Source of the DNA: a virus
IMG/VR virus record: IMGVR_UViG_3300012942_000045
Span: 6,743 to 70,742 of that record
Strand: one strand, 5' to 3'
DNA length: 64,000 bases
In this document: positions 1-9,670 of the stretch, one piece after another
Layout of the letters: each line of letters begins with the position of its first letter
How positions within the stretch are numbered: position 1 is the stretch's first letter
Notes under the pieces: model-generated
The model's input: the letters and a program-made list of their open reading frames with translations, nothing else
The model's database searches: none
What the model was told of the DNA's origin: nothing
Position numbers and translations under genes: made by a program

Positions 1-352
1 AGAGGATATTGTAGAGGCTGTACACAATCACCAGTTTAAAGCTCTCCTGCAAAAGACCAAGACTTGCACTGAGGTCTCCATAGCTGGATTGGGTACTTAC
101 TACATGTCTCCCAAGGCTATACAGCGGTTGATTAACAAAATCAACAATAAAATCTTAAGACTTAAAAGAACCATGTCACCTCCTGAGGAGATAGCACAGT
201 GTGAGCAAGATATAGCACAACTAAACCAAAAGCTTGAACAGTATCATGAATATAAAGAGGTTAAAAGAGTACGCCATGATAATGCCGAGGGTTATAAAAA
301 ATCCCCTGCCCCTATTGAAAGCCCTGATAACCAAGCACAAGATGGAGAATAA
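1..352 (+). CDS. 5'-truncated putative HU/IHF-like DNA-binding protein
   Basis: The frame of the listed 89..352 ORF is open back to position 2 (EDIVEAVHNHQFKALLQKTKTCTEVSIAGLGTYYM). EVSIAGLGTY resembles the HU/IHF VxIxGFGxF motif, and a coiled-coil segment follows. Confidence 0.4.
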   Translation, partial: EDIVEAVHNHQFKALLQKTKTCTEVSIAGLGTYYMSPKAIQRLINKINNKILRLKRTMSPPEEIAQCEQDIAQLNQKLEQYHEYKEVKRVRHDNAEGYKKSPAPIESPDNQAQDGE

Positions 353-653
353 TATATTATCACAGGCAGAGATTACAGAGATAAATAGGAGAAGGGCTAT
401 ATGTGCTACATGTCCTTTTATGTCTAAGAACATGCCCAATTACAATACCTCTCGTACTGATGATCACTGCACCCTCTGCGGATGTCCTATAGAGAATAAA
501 ACAGCTTGCTTAGAGTGTGATTGTGGTATAGAGTTCTACAATAAATCTCATGTTACCCCACTGCCCTTGAAATGGACAGCTTACAAGCATAAAAATGAAA
601 GCAGTGAATATACCCCTGTCGGAGATGCTCCTACTGTTAGAGTCCTACCTTAA
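234..653 (+). CDS. Cys-rich putative Zn-binding protein (true start probably ATG 276 or 282)
   Basis: Contains CATC, CTLCGC and CLECDC motifs and sits upstream of the terminase. Confidence 0.6.
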   Translation: MNSIMNIKRLKEYAMIMPRVIKNPLPLLKALITKHKMENNILSQAEITEINRRRAICATCPFMSKNMPNYNTSRTDDHCTLCGCPIENKTACLECDCGIEFYNKSHVTPLPLKWTAYKHKNESSEYTPVGDAPTVRVLP

Positions 654-819
654 AAAAGGATACCAATACGTAGATATAGAGATAGATAACAGTCCTAGTA
701 ACTCTATCTTATGCAAACCCTCCAAAGGTACCTCACCTACCCAGGAACAGGAACAACTGCTATCCCCTCCAAAACCTACCTCCTCCGAGGGATACAATCC
801 TCAAATTACTATTCAATAA
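595..819 (+). CDS. hypothetical protein
   Basis: 74-aa ORF with an A-rich leader, packed within the co-oriented gene run. Confidence 0.55.
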   Translation: MKAVNIPLSEMLLLLESYLKKGYQYVDIEIDNSPSNSILCKPSKGTSPTQEQEQLLSPPKPTSSEGYNPQITIQ

Positions 820-825
820 CTACAC

Positions 826-1110
826 ATGAAAGGCCGTAAACCTAATCCCTATAACCAGATCCTCTCTACCCTACAGGAGTTGCACAAGATGTTTCCCTCC
901 TACAATATGGCTAGACACCTGGACACTGCCCTAGCTGAGTATGATGATATATGGGCTCTCTCAGATAAAGAGATGCTTAATGCTCTTAACATATACAAAA
1001 CCAACCTAGAACTGGATATAGCACCACAAACCTCTATAAACAAGATCATCCAGGAGGGACTAAACCTGGATACCATATTTGATGAGGAGGATTATAATGA
1101 TGAATACTAA
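826..1110 (+). CDS. hypothetical protein
   Basis: 94-aa ORF whose stop overlaps the next start (TAATG). Confidence 0.7.
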   Translation: MKGRKPNPYNQILSTLQELHKMFPSYNMARHLDTALAEYDDIWALSDKEMLNALNIYKTNLELDIAPQTSINKIIQEGLNLDTIFDEEDYNDEY

Positions 1111-1439
1111 TGGCAGCAAATAAGAAGTCTACATATATATCTGAGGAACTTATCTGGTTGGAGAAGAGAGTATGGGAAATCAAAGCTGATGTAGATGCAC
1201 ATCCTTATAACAAGCTTAGAGATAGAACAGTTACTCTCTCAACCCCTACAGGTGATAAAGAGGTAGTTGTAGCTAATATAGAGGCACAAAAGAAATCATT
1301 AAGAGAGGCATATAAAGAGTATGCCCAACTCATCGAAGTTATCGATAAGTTGAGAGAGAAAGAGGAGGCTAAAATTGAGGCTAGGGGTAAATCTGAAATC
1401 CCCCCTGACCAAATGCTATGGATGCAGGAGAAGAGGTAA
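1110..1439 (+). CDS. conserved helical protein, possible terminase small subunit
   Basis: Helical, charged 109-aa protein immediately upstream of and overlapping TerL. The function is inferred from position only. Confidence 0.4.
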   Translation: MAANKKSTYISEELIWLEKRVWEIKADVDAHPYNKLRDRTVTLSTPTGDKEVVVANIEAQKKSLREAYKEYAQLIEVIDKLREKEEAKIEARGKSEIPPDQMLWMQEKR

Positions 1440-3478
1440 GATCTAATATCCCAAAAATTGACTACAAAGATTGGTTAATAAACCAAAAGAGACTCCCTGA
1501 TACACAATCTGAGGAGTATCTTCCTTTTGTACAATTTCATAGAGGATTATGTCTGAGCGGTTGTTATCTTGGAGATACGTTCATTAATCCCTTTCTATAC
1601 TGGCATTTAAATCTCTGGCATGCAGAGATAGATGTGAAGAATGATTATGGAGTAATTGTTCCACAATATAGAAACCCACCCCTACGTGATAATGAGTGGA
1701 TAGTAACTAATGAGATTTATAGAGCTGAGCAGGAGCATAAAGGGCTAGTTATTCTAGGATGCAGACGCTTGGCTAAATCTGTGCTGGAGGCCTCATATGC
1801 TATGTATGGGGCTTGCCTTATAGAGAACTCTCAGACGGTTATCTCAGCTCTAAACTCAGCAGACATACAACTTATTACAGACAAATGTGATAAGGGTCTC
1901 TCCAATTTGCCTTTATTCAAATGGTCTAAAGTTGAGGACAATTGGAAAAAGCAAGTCTCTTTAGGTATAAGAGAGAGGGGTGGAGAAAGACATGTATTCT
2001 CTCAAATCCTAATGAGGAATATTGATAATGGTGTTAATGAGGAAGCCATAGCAGGTACTAATCCCTCTAGAATAATAATTGATGAGATCGGTAAAGGGAA
2101 TTTCCTAAAAGCACTTACAGCTGCTATCCCTGGTTTAACTACACCTTATGGATGGAGAGCCTCACCCATATGTACAGGTACGGGGGGAGATATGACCTCT
2201 TATAGAGATGCTCAACTACTAATGTTTGATGTAGCTGGGTTTAACTTCTTAGAGTATAAAAATGAGGATGATGAGAAGAGGATACATGGCCTATTTATTC
2301 CAAATAAGTATAGGCTTGAGGCCAAAGATAAAAGCACTCTAGATAAATATCTTGATAAAGAGGGAGATCCCACAATCTCCAATGTACCTATATTAGTCTC
2401 TAATGAGGAGAAAGCCAATAAAATTCTGGATAATAGAATTGAGGAGCTTAAAAAGATGGAGGATAAAACCCTCCATATCAAGGAGGCAATGTATTATCCT
2501 AAAAAGGTAGATGATATATTCCAAACTCCTCTAAAGAACATCTATAATATCCAGGCAGCTAAGGCTCAAAAGCTAAGATTAAAAAATGGATTATTTGAGG
2601 CTACACCTATAGAGCTTTATCATGATGGTGAAAAGATCTGTCATAAACACTCAGATAAAGATATTATAACTGAGTTCCCGGTTAAATCCCAATCCAAGGA
2701 TGCACCTATACAGATTTGGGAACATCCTATTCCAGATCCTCCATTCTCCTTATATATCGCAGGTGTAGATAGCTACAGAATGCCTGGAGACGCAGCTTAC
2801 TCAACCTCATTAGGTGTAGTATACATCTTCAAGAGGCAACATGATATTCTTGATGAGAAGTTTCAGGATATGTTTGTAGCCTGCTATGCAGCCAGACCGG
2901 AGGATAAAACTGTATGGGAGGAGCAAGCTAGACTTCTTATTAAATATTACAATGCTTATACCTTAGTAGAGAATGATGAATACTCCTTCATTAACCACAT
3001 GATCTCTATGGGAGATGCCCAGTACTTGGTACCTGAGATTGACTTTATTAAATCTCCTGATCTAAATGCTAAGGTAAATACCAAAAAGTATGGCATCTCC
3101 AGACAAGGTATAAAGAACAGAACTTTTATCAGGGGTAAACTTAAAGCTTACCTTGATAAAAAGCTTCACGTGGAACAGGATGATAAAGGCTCTATTATAA
3201 GTGAGACTTTAGGTATACACAATGTTCCAGATCCTATGCTTTGTGAGGAGATTAGCCAGTTCTATGATGGTCTTAATGTGGATAGAGAGATAGCAGCCTC
3301 CTTAGCTATAACCCTAGCAGATCATCTTGATCCTATATATGCCAAGATCTCCTCAGCTGAGAGTGATCCCAGGCTAAAAGCATATTTCAGCAATAAGAGA
3401 AATACCCCATCAGCTATACCCTCCCTTCCTAATAACTACCGTAGGCCTGGAAAAGGCTCTAGTATAATACTAATATGA
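1418..3478 (+). CDS. terL: terminase large subunit
   Basis: Walker A-like GCRRLAKS, Walker B IIIDEIG, coupling motif TGTGG, and RNase H-like nuclease acidic motifs AGVDSY, LVEND and NVDR. Followed by the portal gene. Confidence 0.92.
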   Translation: MDAGEEVRSNIPKIDYKDWLINQKRLPDTQSEEYLPFVQFHRGLCLSGCYLGDTFINPFLYWHLNLWHAEIDVKNDYGVIVPQYRNPPLRDNEWIVTNEIYRAEQEHKGLVILGCRRLAKSVLEASYAMYGACLIENSQTVISALNSADIQLITDKCDKGLSNLPLFKWSKVEDNWKKQVSLGIRERGGERHVFSQILMRNIDNGVNEEAIAGTNPSRIIIDEIGKGNFLKALTAAIPGLTTPYGWRASPICTGTGGDMTSYRDAQLLMFDVAGFNFLEYKNEDDEKRIHGLFIPNKYRLEAKDKSTLDKYLDKEGDPTISNVPILVSNEEKANKILDNRIEELKKMEDKTLHIKEAMYYPKKVDDIFQTPLKNIYNIQAAKAQKLRLKNGLFEATPIELYHDGEKICHKHSDKDIITEFPVKSQSKDAPIQIWEHPIPDPPFSLYIAGVDSYRMPGDAAYSTSLGVVYIFKRQHDILDEKFQDMFVACYAARPEDKTVWEEQARLLIKYYNAYTLVENDEYSFINHMISMGDAQYLVPEIDFIKSPDLNAKVNTKKYGISRQGIKNRTFIRGKLKAYLDKKLHVEQDDKGSIISETLGIHNVPDPMLCEEISQFYDGLNVDREIAASLAITLADHLDPIYAKISSAESDPRLKAYFSNKRNTPSAIPSLPNNYRRPGKGSSIILI

Positions 3479-6114
3479 TAATTACCACTACCTCTACAGA
3501 TAATCTTAATGCTCCTGTACCTTTTAACTTCCCTGATCAATTCCTCTCAGAGAAGTACAAAACTACTAATACAGATTGGATAAAGGCTACTATGGACTTT
3601 TTTAAGAATAGTGTATTTGCTGAGTACAGAGTTAACAAGGATACTATAGCAAAGAACTATAGAATTTTAAAAGGTGAGCTTATACCTGAGGATTATGTGG
3701 AGGTTGATTATGAGGAGGTTGGTGGGTTTATACATACCTTATCTGAGGATATTAAAATGCCCAAATGGGTAAAGCATTATCCTATTATTAATCCTCCTAT
3801 TAATGAGATGCTAGGTGGGCTCTCCAAAAGAAAGATCTCATTCAGGGCTAAGGCTTTGGATGATCTCTCAGGTTCTGAGGAGTTGGAGGAGAAAACTCAG
3901 ATGATGTGGTCCCTCATCATGCAAAAGGTACAGCAAGAGGTAATGCTCCAGCTTCAAAACAGCGGTGAACTTGAACAATTACAACAGGAGAAGGATCCTC
4001 AAAAACTCCAGCAGGCCCAACAGCAAATTAATGATGAGATTAACCAAAAAGCCCAGGATTACCTTATAGATTATACCTCAACAGCCGAGAAGTGGGCAAA
4101 CCATATTATCCAGGCTATGAGGACAGAGCTAAACCTTAAAGAGATCTCAGAGGAGATGCTCAAGGATCTATTAGTTTGTAGTCGTCCTTATACTCTTATT
4201 GATGAGGATAATAGTAAAAGAGGATTTACAGTCGAATCTATTAATCCTAAGAATGTAAAAAGGTTTGGTTCTGAAGATAAAAAATACTCCAGGGATGATT
4301 ACGCTGTAGCCATAGTAAATGTAATGGAGATTAGTGAAATCATTGAGAAGTTTGATCTTACCAAGGAGGAGATTGATCACTTACGTACCTCTTATAATGA
4401 TTATACCTCGCCTCTTAATATTCCCTCTAATTATGGTCATACTACTGTTACAGGTCCAGCCTCAGTAAAATATACCAGGGGTTCCAGACTTATTGACCAG
4501 GAGAGAGCTATCCTAGCAGCTGAGGTTGGTGGTGAGGATACAGATGAGTATATGCAGGACATCTTCAATTTTGGCTCACCTAACCCTGGAGTAATGGGCT
4601 ACAAGTATGTTGTAGTCAGAGCTTTCTGGAACTCTAAAAAGCTGATTAAGAAGGTCACTTTTACAGATGAGGATGGGATAACCCAAACTGTACTGGTTGA
4701 TGAGACTTATAAAGAGGGTTCCATTCCTACTGAGATCTCTGTAGAGGAGGGTTGGATAAATCAATGGTTTAAAGGGTATACTGTAGGGCCAGATATATAT
4801 TATGTAAAGCCTTTTAATCTCCTAAATTATTGTCCTCTTATAGGTGGAACCTTTGACCAGAAAAACTCCAAGGCTGCCTCTCTGGTAGATATGATGAAAT
4901 CCTTTCAGCTGCTATATAACGTTGTTATTAACCAGCTGTACTCCTTCCTGGGGAAGGACAAGGGAAAGGTGATTAAGATTGATATCAATAAAATCCCTAT
5001 TCCTAAAGATGGAGATCCCCAGGATGCTATAGAGGTATGGTTAAGGGATGCCCAAGAAAGGGGTATAGTATTCGAGGACAATTCTCCCAGCAATACCAAA
5101 GTACCTTTACATAATACAGAGGTTTCCCAAGCTCTTGACTTGGATCTCTCTCAATCTATACAAACCCGTATAGAACTAGCTCAGGAGTTAAAATATGAGT
5201 GTTATGAACTTGTAGGATTTACCAGACAAAGATTAGCTACCCCTACTCCAGGTGATACAGCTACAGCAAATCAGAATGCTCTAAATATCTCATATACCCA
5301 AACTGAACCTTATTATATACAACATAGGTATATAATGAATCAGCTGTACCAAGCTATAGTAGATGCAGCACAATATATTGAGAGCTCAAAACCCTCCTCT
5401 ACCTTATCTTACTTAAATGATAAGGGTGAATCAGCTTTTATACAAGTTACTCCTAAAGATATAAGAGGAAGGGATATAAATGTATATGTAACCTCCTCTG
5501 ATGAGGATGATCAGGTATTTAAACAATTACAATCCCTCTCTCAGGCTGTCCTGCAAAATGAGGGTACATTATATGATGTAGTACAACTGTATACTACTAA
5601 CTCCTTAAAAACCCTGGAGAGAGTACTTAAATCCCTCTCAGATAAAAGGACAGCTTTACAGCAGCAGCAGTTGCAGAATGAGCAAGATCAGATTAAATCT
5701 CAACAGCAAGCTACAGCTGCTACTTTACAAGCTCAAGAGATTGAGAAGGATAAAGAGAGAGATTTTGATGCTAACCAGAATGATCTGGATAGGCTTAATA
5801 AGAAAGAGGTTGCCCTTATTCAATCTTATGGAAGAAATGATAATGCCCTTGCAGATAATAATAATGATGGTATAGCTGATGCCTTGGAGGTAACCAAGGA
5901 GCAAAATGCAGTTAACCAGTACAATAAGGATTACCAGTTAAAATCTAAAGAGACTGATATTAAAGAGAGACAAAGACAAGATTCCCTATTAATAGAGTTA
6001 CAAAAGATTGCTACTGAGAGAGAGAAGCTACAAACACAACTTAAAATTGCCAAGCTAGCCCTCCAGAACCCGGTTAGTGGAGAGACTAAACCTAAATCCA
6101 AGAGTAAGAAATGA
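3475..6114 (+). CDS. portal protein (crAss-like)
   Basis: 879 aa directly after TerL. Has HYPIINPPINEMLG, a Gln-rich C-terminal coiled coil and the DNNNDGIADALE motif typical of crAss-like portals. Confidence 0.88.
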   Translation: MIITTTSTDNLNAPVPFNFPDQFLSEKYKTTNTDWIKATMDFFKNSVFAEYRVNKDTIAKNYRILKGELIPEDYVEVDYEEVGGFIHTLSEDIKMPKWVKHYPIINPPINEMLGGLSKRKISFRAKALDDLSGSEELEEKTQMMWSLIMQKVQQEVMLQLQNSGELEQLQQEKDPQKLQQAQQQINDEINQKAQDYLIDYTSTAEKWANHIIQAMRTELNLKEISEEMLKDLLVCSRPYTLIDEDNSKRGFTVESINPKNVKRFGSEDKKYSRDDYAVAIVNVMEISEIIEKFDLTKEEIDHLRTSYNDYTSPLNIPSNYGHTTVTGPASVKYTRGSRLIDQERAILAAEVGGEDTDEYMQDIFNFGSPNPGVMGYKYVVVRAFWNSKKLIKKVTFTDEDGITQTVLVDETYKEGSIPTEISVEEGWINQWFKGYTVGPDIYYVKPFNLLNYCPLIGGTFDQKNSKAASLVDMMKSFQLLYNVVINQLYSFLGKDKGKVIKIDINKIPIPKDGDPQDAIEVWLRDAQERGIVFEDNSPSNTKVPLHNTEVSQALDLDLSQSIQTRIELAQELKYECYELVGFTRQRLATPTPGDTATANQNALNISYTQTEPYYIQHRYIMNQLYQAIVDAAQYIESSKPSSTLSYLNDKGESAFIQVTPKDIRGRDINVYVTSSDEDDQVFKQLQSLSQAVLQNEGTLYDVVQLYTTNSLKTLERVLKSLSDKRTALQQQQLQNEQDQIKSQQQATAATLQAQEIEKDKERDFDANQNDLDRLNKKEVALIQSYGRNDNALADNNNDGIADALEVTKEQNAVNQYNKDYQLKSKETDIKERQRQDSLLIELQKIATEREKLQTQLKIAKLALQNPVSGETKPKSKSKK

Positions 6115-6551
6115 GTAAGAAAAAACCAACACTTAAGGAGGAGGTCTCAGATGCTCTCTCTTACACAATAGATATCAGTACTTATAAGGCTAAGGTTATC
6201 CTGGTATACTCACCAAAACAGAATGTTACTGAGCTATGTGCACAAATATTAAAAGCCCATAATCTACCTGATGAGGGACCTAATAATGATGGTGGAGATG
6301 GTGCAGTAACCATAACTTTATCAGAGGATAGGTTGGTATATATAGTAATGGATAAAAACTCTGATATCTCCATGCTACATCACGAGTGTATACATGCAGC
6401 CACCTACTTATTCTATCTTATACAGACAAATCACAATCAATCTACTGATGAGGTATTTGCTTATCTCTCAGATACACTTTTTACAGAGTGCTACAAAATG
6501 CTATTAGGCCAGTTCAAAATACCCAAAAAGAGCTTCTTAACAGTAGAATAA
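6111..6551 (+). CDS. small zincin-like HExxH metalloprotein
   Basis: Contains LHHECIHAA with a downstream DEVFAY that could supply the third-ligand Glu. Confidence 0.6.
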   Translation: MSKKKPTLKEEVSDALSYTIDISTYKAKVILVYSPKQNVTELCAQILKAHNLPDEGPNNDGGDGAVTITLSEDRLVYIVMDKNSDISMLHHECIHAATYLFYLIQTNHNQSTDEVFAYLSDTLFTECYKMLLGQFKIPKKSFLTVE

Positions 6552-6624
6552 TCACCCTACAGGTTACCTAACACCCTACAAAGCTATACAGTACAGTGGC
6601 ACCCATCCAATTTCATATATCTGT

Positions 6625-6656
6625 ATTGTTTTATATGTTTATTCCATATAGTTTTG
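6625..6656 (+). promoter_or_regulatory. Bacteroidota sigma-A type promoter for the scaffold/capsid operon
   Basis: TTG at 6626-6628, a 20-nt spacer, then TAGTTTTG at 6649-6656 (TAnnTTTG), in the intergenic region. Confidence 0.7.
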
Positions 6657-6691
6657 CAGCTAACAACCAATAGATTACAAATTAACTATTT

Positions 6692-7945
6692 ATGGCAGAG
6701 GTCGAATTTGACAACTGGGATGATATTACTACTGTAAACTCACAAAGTGAGGGACAGAATCTGATTGACTCCTTCCTTAATGATACAGCAGTAACAGCTG
6801 ATCCTGATGAGGTAGAACCTATAACTAAGGAGACTCCAGAAAAAACTCCCGAGAAATCTGAACCAGCAAAATCCAATCCCACTAAAACTCCCCCACCTAA
6901 AGAGATTAATATTCTTGATGCTTTAGAGGATGATGATAAATCTAAAGAGGGTGAGGATGAGGAGGAGACAGATGATACTTCTGAGAATACTAAGGACACT
7001 AAAGAGAAAGAGGATTCTGAGGAGGATAATGAAGAGCAAGATGAGGATACTAATCCCTTCCTAGCATTTTCACAAGATCTGGTTAAGCTCGGTGTATTTG
7101 AGGATAATGGGGATCTCCCTACTGATGGTGAGGCATTCCTGGAAAAGTATAAATCTGAGGCCAGAAAAGAGGCAAACTCTTACCTACATGGTGTACTCTC
7201 GCAGTTTGGTGAGGACAGGTTACAACTCTTCAATGATCTTATTTTAAAAGGTGTGCCTGTACAGGAGTATCTTCAAAACTATGCTGCTGTAGAGACTTTC
7301 TCAGGTATGGATCTTACCAAAACCTCTAACCAGGAAAAGGTAATGAGAGCCTCCTTAAGATCCCAGGGTTGGGATAGTGATGATATAGATGCTGAGGTTG
7401 AGAAACTTAAAGAGGATGAGGATCTTGAGAGATCTGCTAAAATCCATCATAAAGCCCTGGTAAAACAGGAAACTAAAAAGCTACAGGATATGTCCGCTCA
7501 GGCTGAGAGAAAAATAGCTGAGCAAGCTGCCTATGAGGAGCAATATAATAAGGCCGTTAATACAACCTTATCCCAGGCTCTGAAAACAAAAGATTTTGAG
7601 GGTTTACCTGTAACCCCTGCTGTAGCACAATCTGTACAGGAGGATCTTATTGCAAAGAAGTATAAACTACCTAGTGGAGAACTACTTACAGAGTTTGATA
7701 AATATCTCTTAGATGTTCAGAACAAACCTGAGTTCTTCAATATAAAGGTCAAGATGGCACTCCTTGCCAAACACAATTTTGATCTTACCAAAGTGGCTCA
7801 GAAGCTCAAAACCCAAGAGAGTTCACAGCTATTTGATACTGTAGCCAGACAAACTAAAAAGACCTCTGTTAAGAAACCCAAATCTACAGAGGCTACTCCA
7901 TCCCAGGAGGATCCTTTTATGAAGGCTTTCAGCTTTCTCAAGTGA
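6692..7945 (+). CDS. putative capsid scaffolding/assembly protein
   Basis: Very acidic disordered N-terminus and coiled-coil core, immediately upstream of the MCP as in crAss-like phages. Confidence 0.65.
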   Translation: MAEVEFDNWDDITTVNSQSEGQNLIDSFLNDTAVTADPDEVEPITKETPEKTPEKSEPAKSNPTKTPPPKEINILDALEDDDKSKEGEDEEETDDTSENTKDTKEKEDSEEDNEEQDEDTNPFLAFSQDLVKLGVFEDNGDLPTDGEAFLEKYKSEARKEANSYLHGVLSQFGEDRLQLFNDLILKGVPVQEYLQNYAAVETFSGMDLTKTSNQEKVMRASLRSQGWDSDDIDAEVEKLKEDEDLERSAKIHHKALVKQETKKLQDMSAQAERKIAEQAAYEEQYNKAVNTTLSQALKTKDFEGLPVTPAVAQSVQEDLIAKKYKLPSGELLTEFDKYLLDVQNKPEFFNIKVKMALLAKHNFDLTKVAQKLKTQESSQLFDTVARQTKKTSVKKPKSTEATPSQEDPFMKAFSFLK

Positions 7946-7985
7946 TACCATCCTGGTATTACACTGCTTAAAAAACAACATATAA

Positions 7986-9587
7986 ATGCCTAATACTATT
8001 CCGGGCTTTACTGGCTTTCAGTATGGCCGATTCTCCTCGATGAACAAAAGGGCTATTGGTAAATTTACCGATAGGAATCACCTGTACTCCATAGCTGAGA
8101 CAAGCCCTGCTAATTATAGCAAACCTATTATCCAGATTTATACCCAGACGGGTATATTCTCGAATGACTTTTATAATATGGTCTCTCAGGCTGAGACTTT
8201 CTATGTTCCCAAAGGGGAGAGTTGGAAGTGGAAGATTGAGGTGCCTTTCTCGTATACAAAGATTGTAGATGTACCCTCCAGCACTCTGTCCCTGGCTAAG
8301 CCTGGTATAGATGGAACTACATTTGAGATCGTATTGGATAGCAATGAGTTTGGTATAAACCAGACAATTTGTATCGGTAACAGAACATTTGGTCCCCAGC
8401 TGGCTATCCTCCAGGATCCTCAGCCTCAGGGTACTGCATGGAGATATACCTGTACACTTGTCTCTGACCATCCTCAGACTGATTTCTTGGATAAGAAGTG
8501 GCTTGCTGTAGGTAATGATGTTATCTCTGGTACTTCGTTTGGTGGTGAGTTTACTGATAAAGGTCCTGGTCTTGGCAGAGGTGTGGATTACATTGAGATG
8601 TATGAAACCATGTCTAGCTCCATGTATAGGGAGCATACCATCACCAAGATGGCTGATGAGATTAATGTAGTAGATAATGCCTCTGGTGCTACTGTACCTA
8701 TTGCCCTTGGTAGGGATAGGGATGGTAATATTCTGGATGGTATAGCATATGCAACCCAAGTACGTAACAGCACTGGTAAGATTACTGTAGCTACCCGCTG
8801 GGAAAGCTTTGTAGAGATGTATCTGCGTAAGCAAATGCTCTCTGATGAGGTTTGGAGAATGCTCCACCAAAAAGCTGGTGTAGTTCAGGTACCAGGAAAG
8901 CAGGAATGGGTTAAGTTCTCTGATGGTGTTATTCCTCGTATTAGGAAGCATGGTAACTATGTACCTTATAACAGAGGTGAACTTGCTAGCACCCTCCTGC
9001 GCACTGTATTTGGTGATCTGTTTTATGGCAGAGTCTCTATACCCCAGAGACATGTTAAGTTGTATACTAATGAGTTGGGTATTCAGACCTTCCAGCAACT
9101 TGCTAAGCAGGATGCTCTGGGATCTGGTATATCCTTCCAGGCTGATATCCCTGCTATTCACACAAGTGGTATAACTGTAAATGATCCCTCCCAGCACTTG
9201 GTGTATGGATGGGCCTTTAACAGCATGTTCTCTACAGAGACAGGCTTGATTGAGGTTATTCACTTGCAGGAGCTTGACCAGCCTCAGTTGAATGCTGAGT
9301 TTGGACAGAATAAGAGAGCCACTCCTCTGTACATTGCTTTTGATATCTCTCCTGATAGTGATGGTACTCTCAAGGCAAATGTGAAGAGGGTTAGACTCTC
9401 TGGTTCCCCTGATATGACTTGGGGCTATGTAGATGGCCGTCAGTCTCACCTGGGTCATGCAGCCTCTAAAGGGATGCAGTCTGCAAATACCTTCCCCGGT
9501 TATAAAATCTGGATGGAGGATAGAGTGGATGTATTCATAGAGGATCTCTCTGGATGCATGTTGATTGAGGAGCTTCCTCAGTACTAA
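7986..9587 (+). CDS. major capsid protein (crAss-like, HK97 fold)
   Basis: 533 aa positioned after portal and scaffold, strongly biased codon usage, crAss-like segments (WKWKIEV, WRYTCTLV, GVIPRIRKHGN, KLYTNELG), and followed by stem-loops. Confidence 0.85.
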   Translation: MPNTIPGFTGFQYGRFSSMNKRAIGKFTDRNHLYSIAETSPANYSKPIIQIYTQTGIFSNDFYNMVSQAETFYVPKGESWKWKIEVPFSYTKIVDVPSSTLSLAKPGIDGTTFEIVLDSNEFGINQTICIGNRTFGPQLAILQDPQPQGTAWRYTCTLVSDHPQTDFLDKKWLAVGNDVISGTSFGGEFTDKGPGLGRGVDYIEMYETMSSSMYREHTITKMADEINVVDNASGATVPIALGRDRDGNILDGIAYATQVRNSTGKITVATRWESFVEMYLRKQMLSDEVWRMLHQKAGVVQVPGKQEWVKFSDGVIPRIRKHGNYVPYNRGELASTLLRTVFGDLFYGRVSIPQRHVKLYTNELGIQTFQQLAKQDALGSGISFQADIPAIHTSGITVNDPSQHLVYGWAFNSMFSTETGLIEVIHLQELDQPQLNAEFGQNKRATPLYIAFDISPDSDGTLKANVKRVRLSGSPDMTWGYVDGRQSHLGHAASKGMQSANTFPGYKIWMEDRVDVFIEDLSGCMLIEELPQY

Positions 9588-9592
9588 TATAT

Positions 9593-9664
9593 GGGTAGTA
9601 GCTTCCCTTAATAGCTATCCCCCCGGAGAGGGATCTTTTCCTCCCTCCTTTTAGGTTCCTCTCC
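9593..9664 (+). other. tandem RNA stem-loops downstream of the MCP gene
   Basis: GGG..TAGCT/AGCTA..CCC (9593-9621), then a 12-bp stem GGAGAGGGATCT/AGGTTCCTCTCC (9625-9664) with a 16-nt pyrimidine loop. Confidence 0.65.
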
Positions 9665-9670
9665 AAATAT

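Noticed and set aside
1418-3478. Intein or intron in TerL (also checked in the vRNAP)
   Set aside because: The motifs are continuous at normal spacing, and no C...HN-C/S/T splice signature or LAGLIDADG block was recognised.
7943-7988. Readthrough fusion of scaffold to MCP
   Set aside because: The two genes are in different frames, and readthrough would stop shortly afterwards.
7968-9458. 496-aa antisense ORF over the MCP
   Set aside because: It is codon-in-register with the MCP and explained by the MCP lacking TTA/CTA/TCA codons. The translation has no protein-like motifs.
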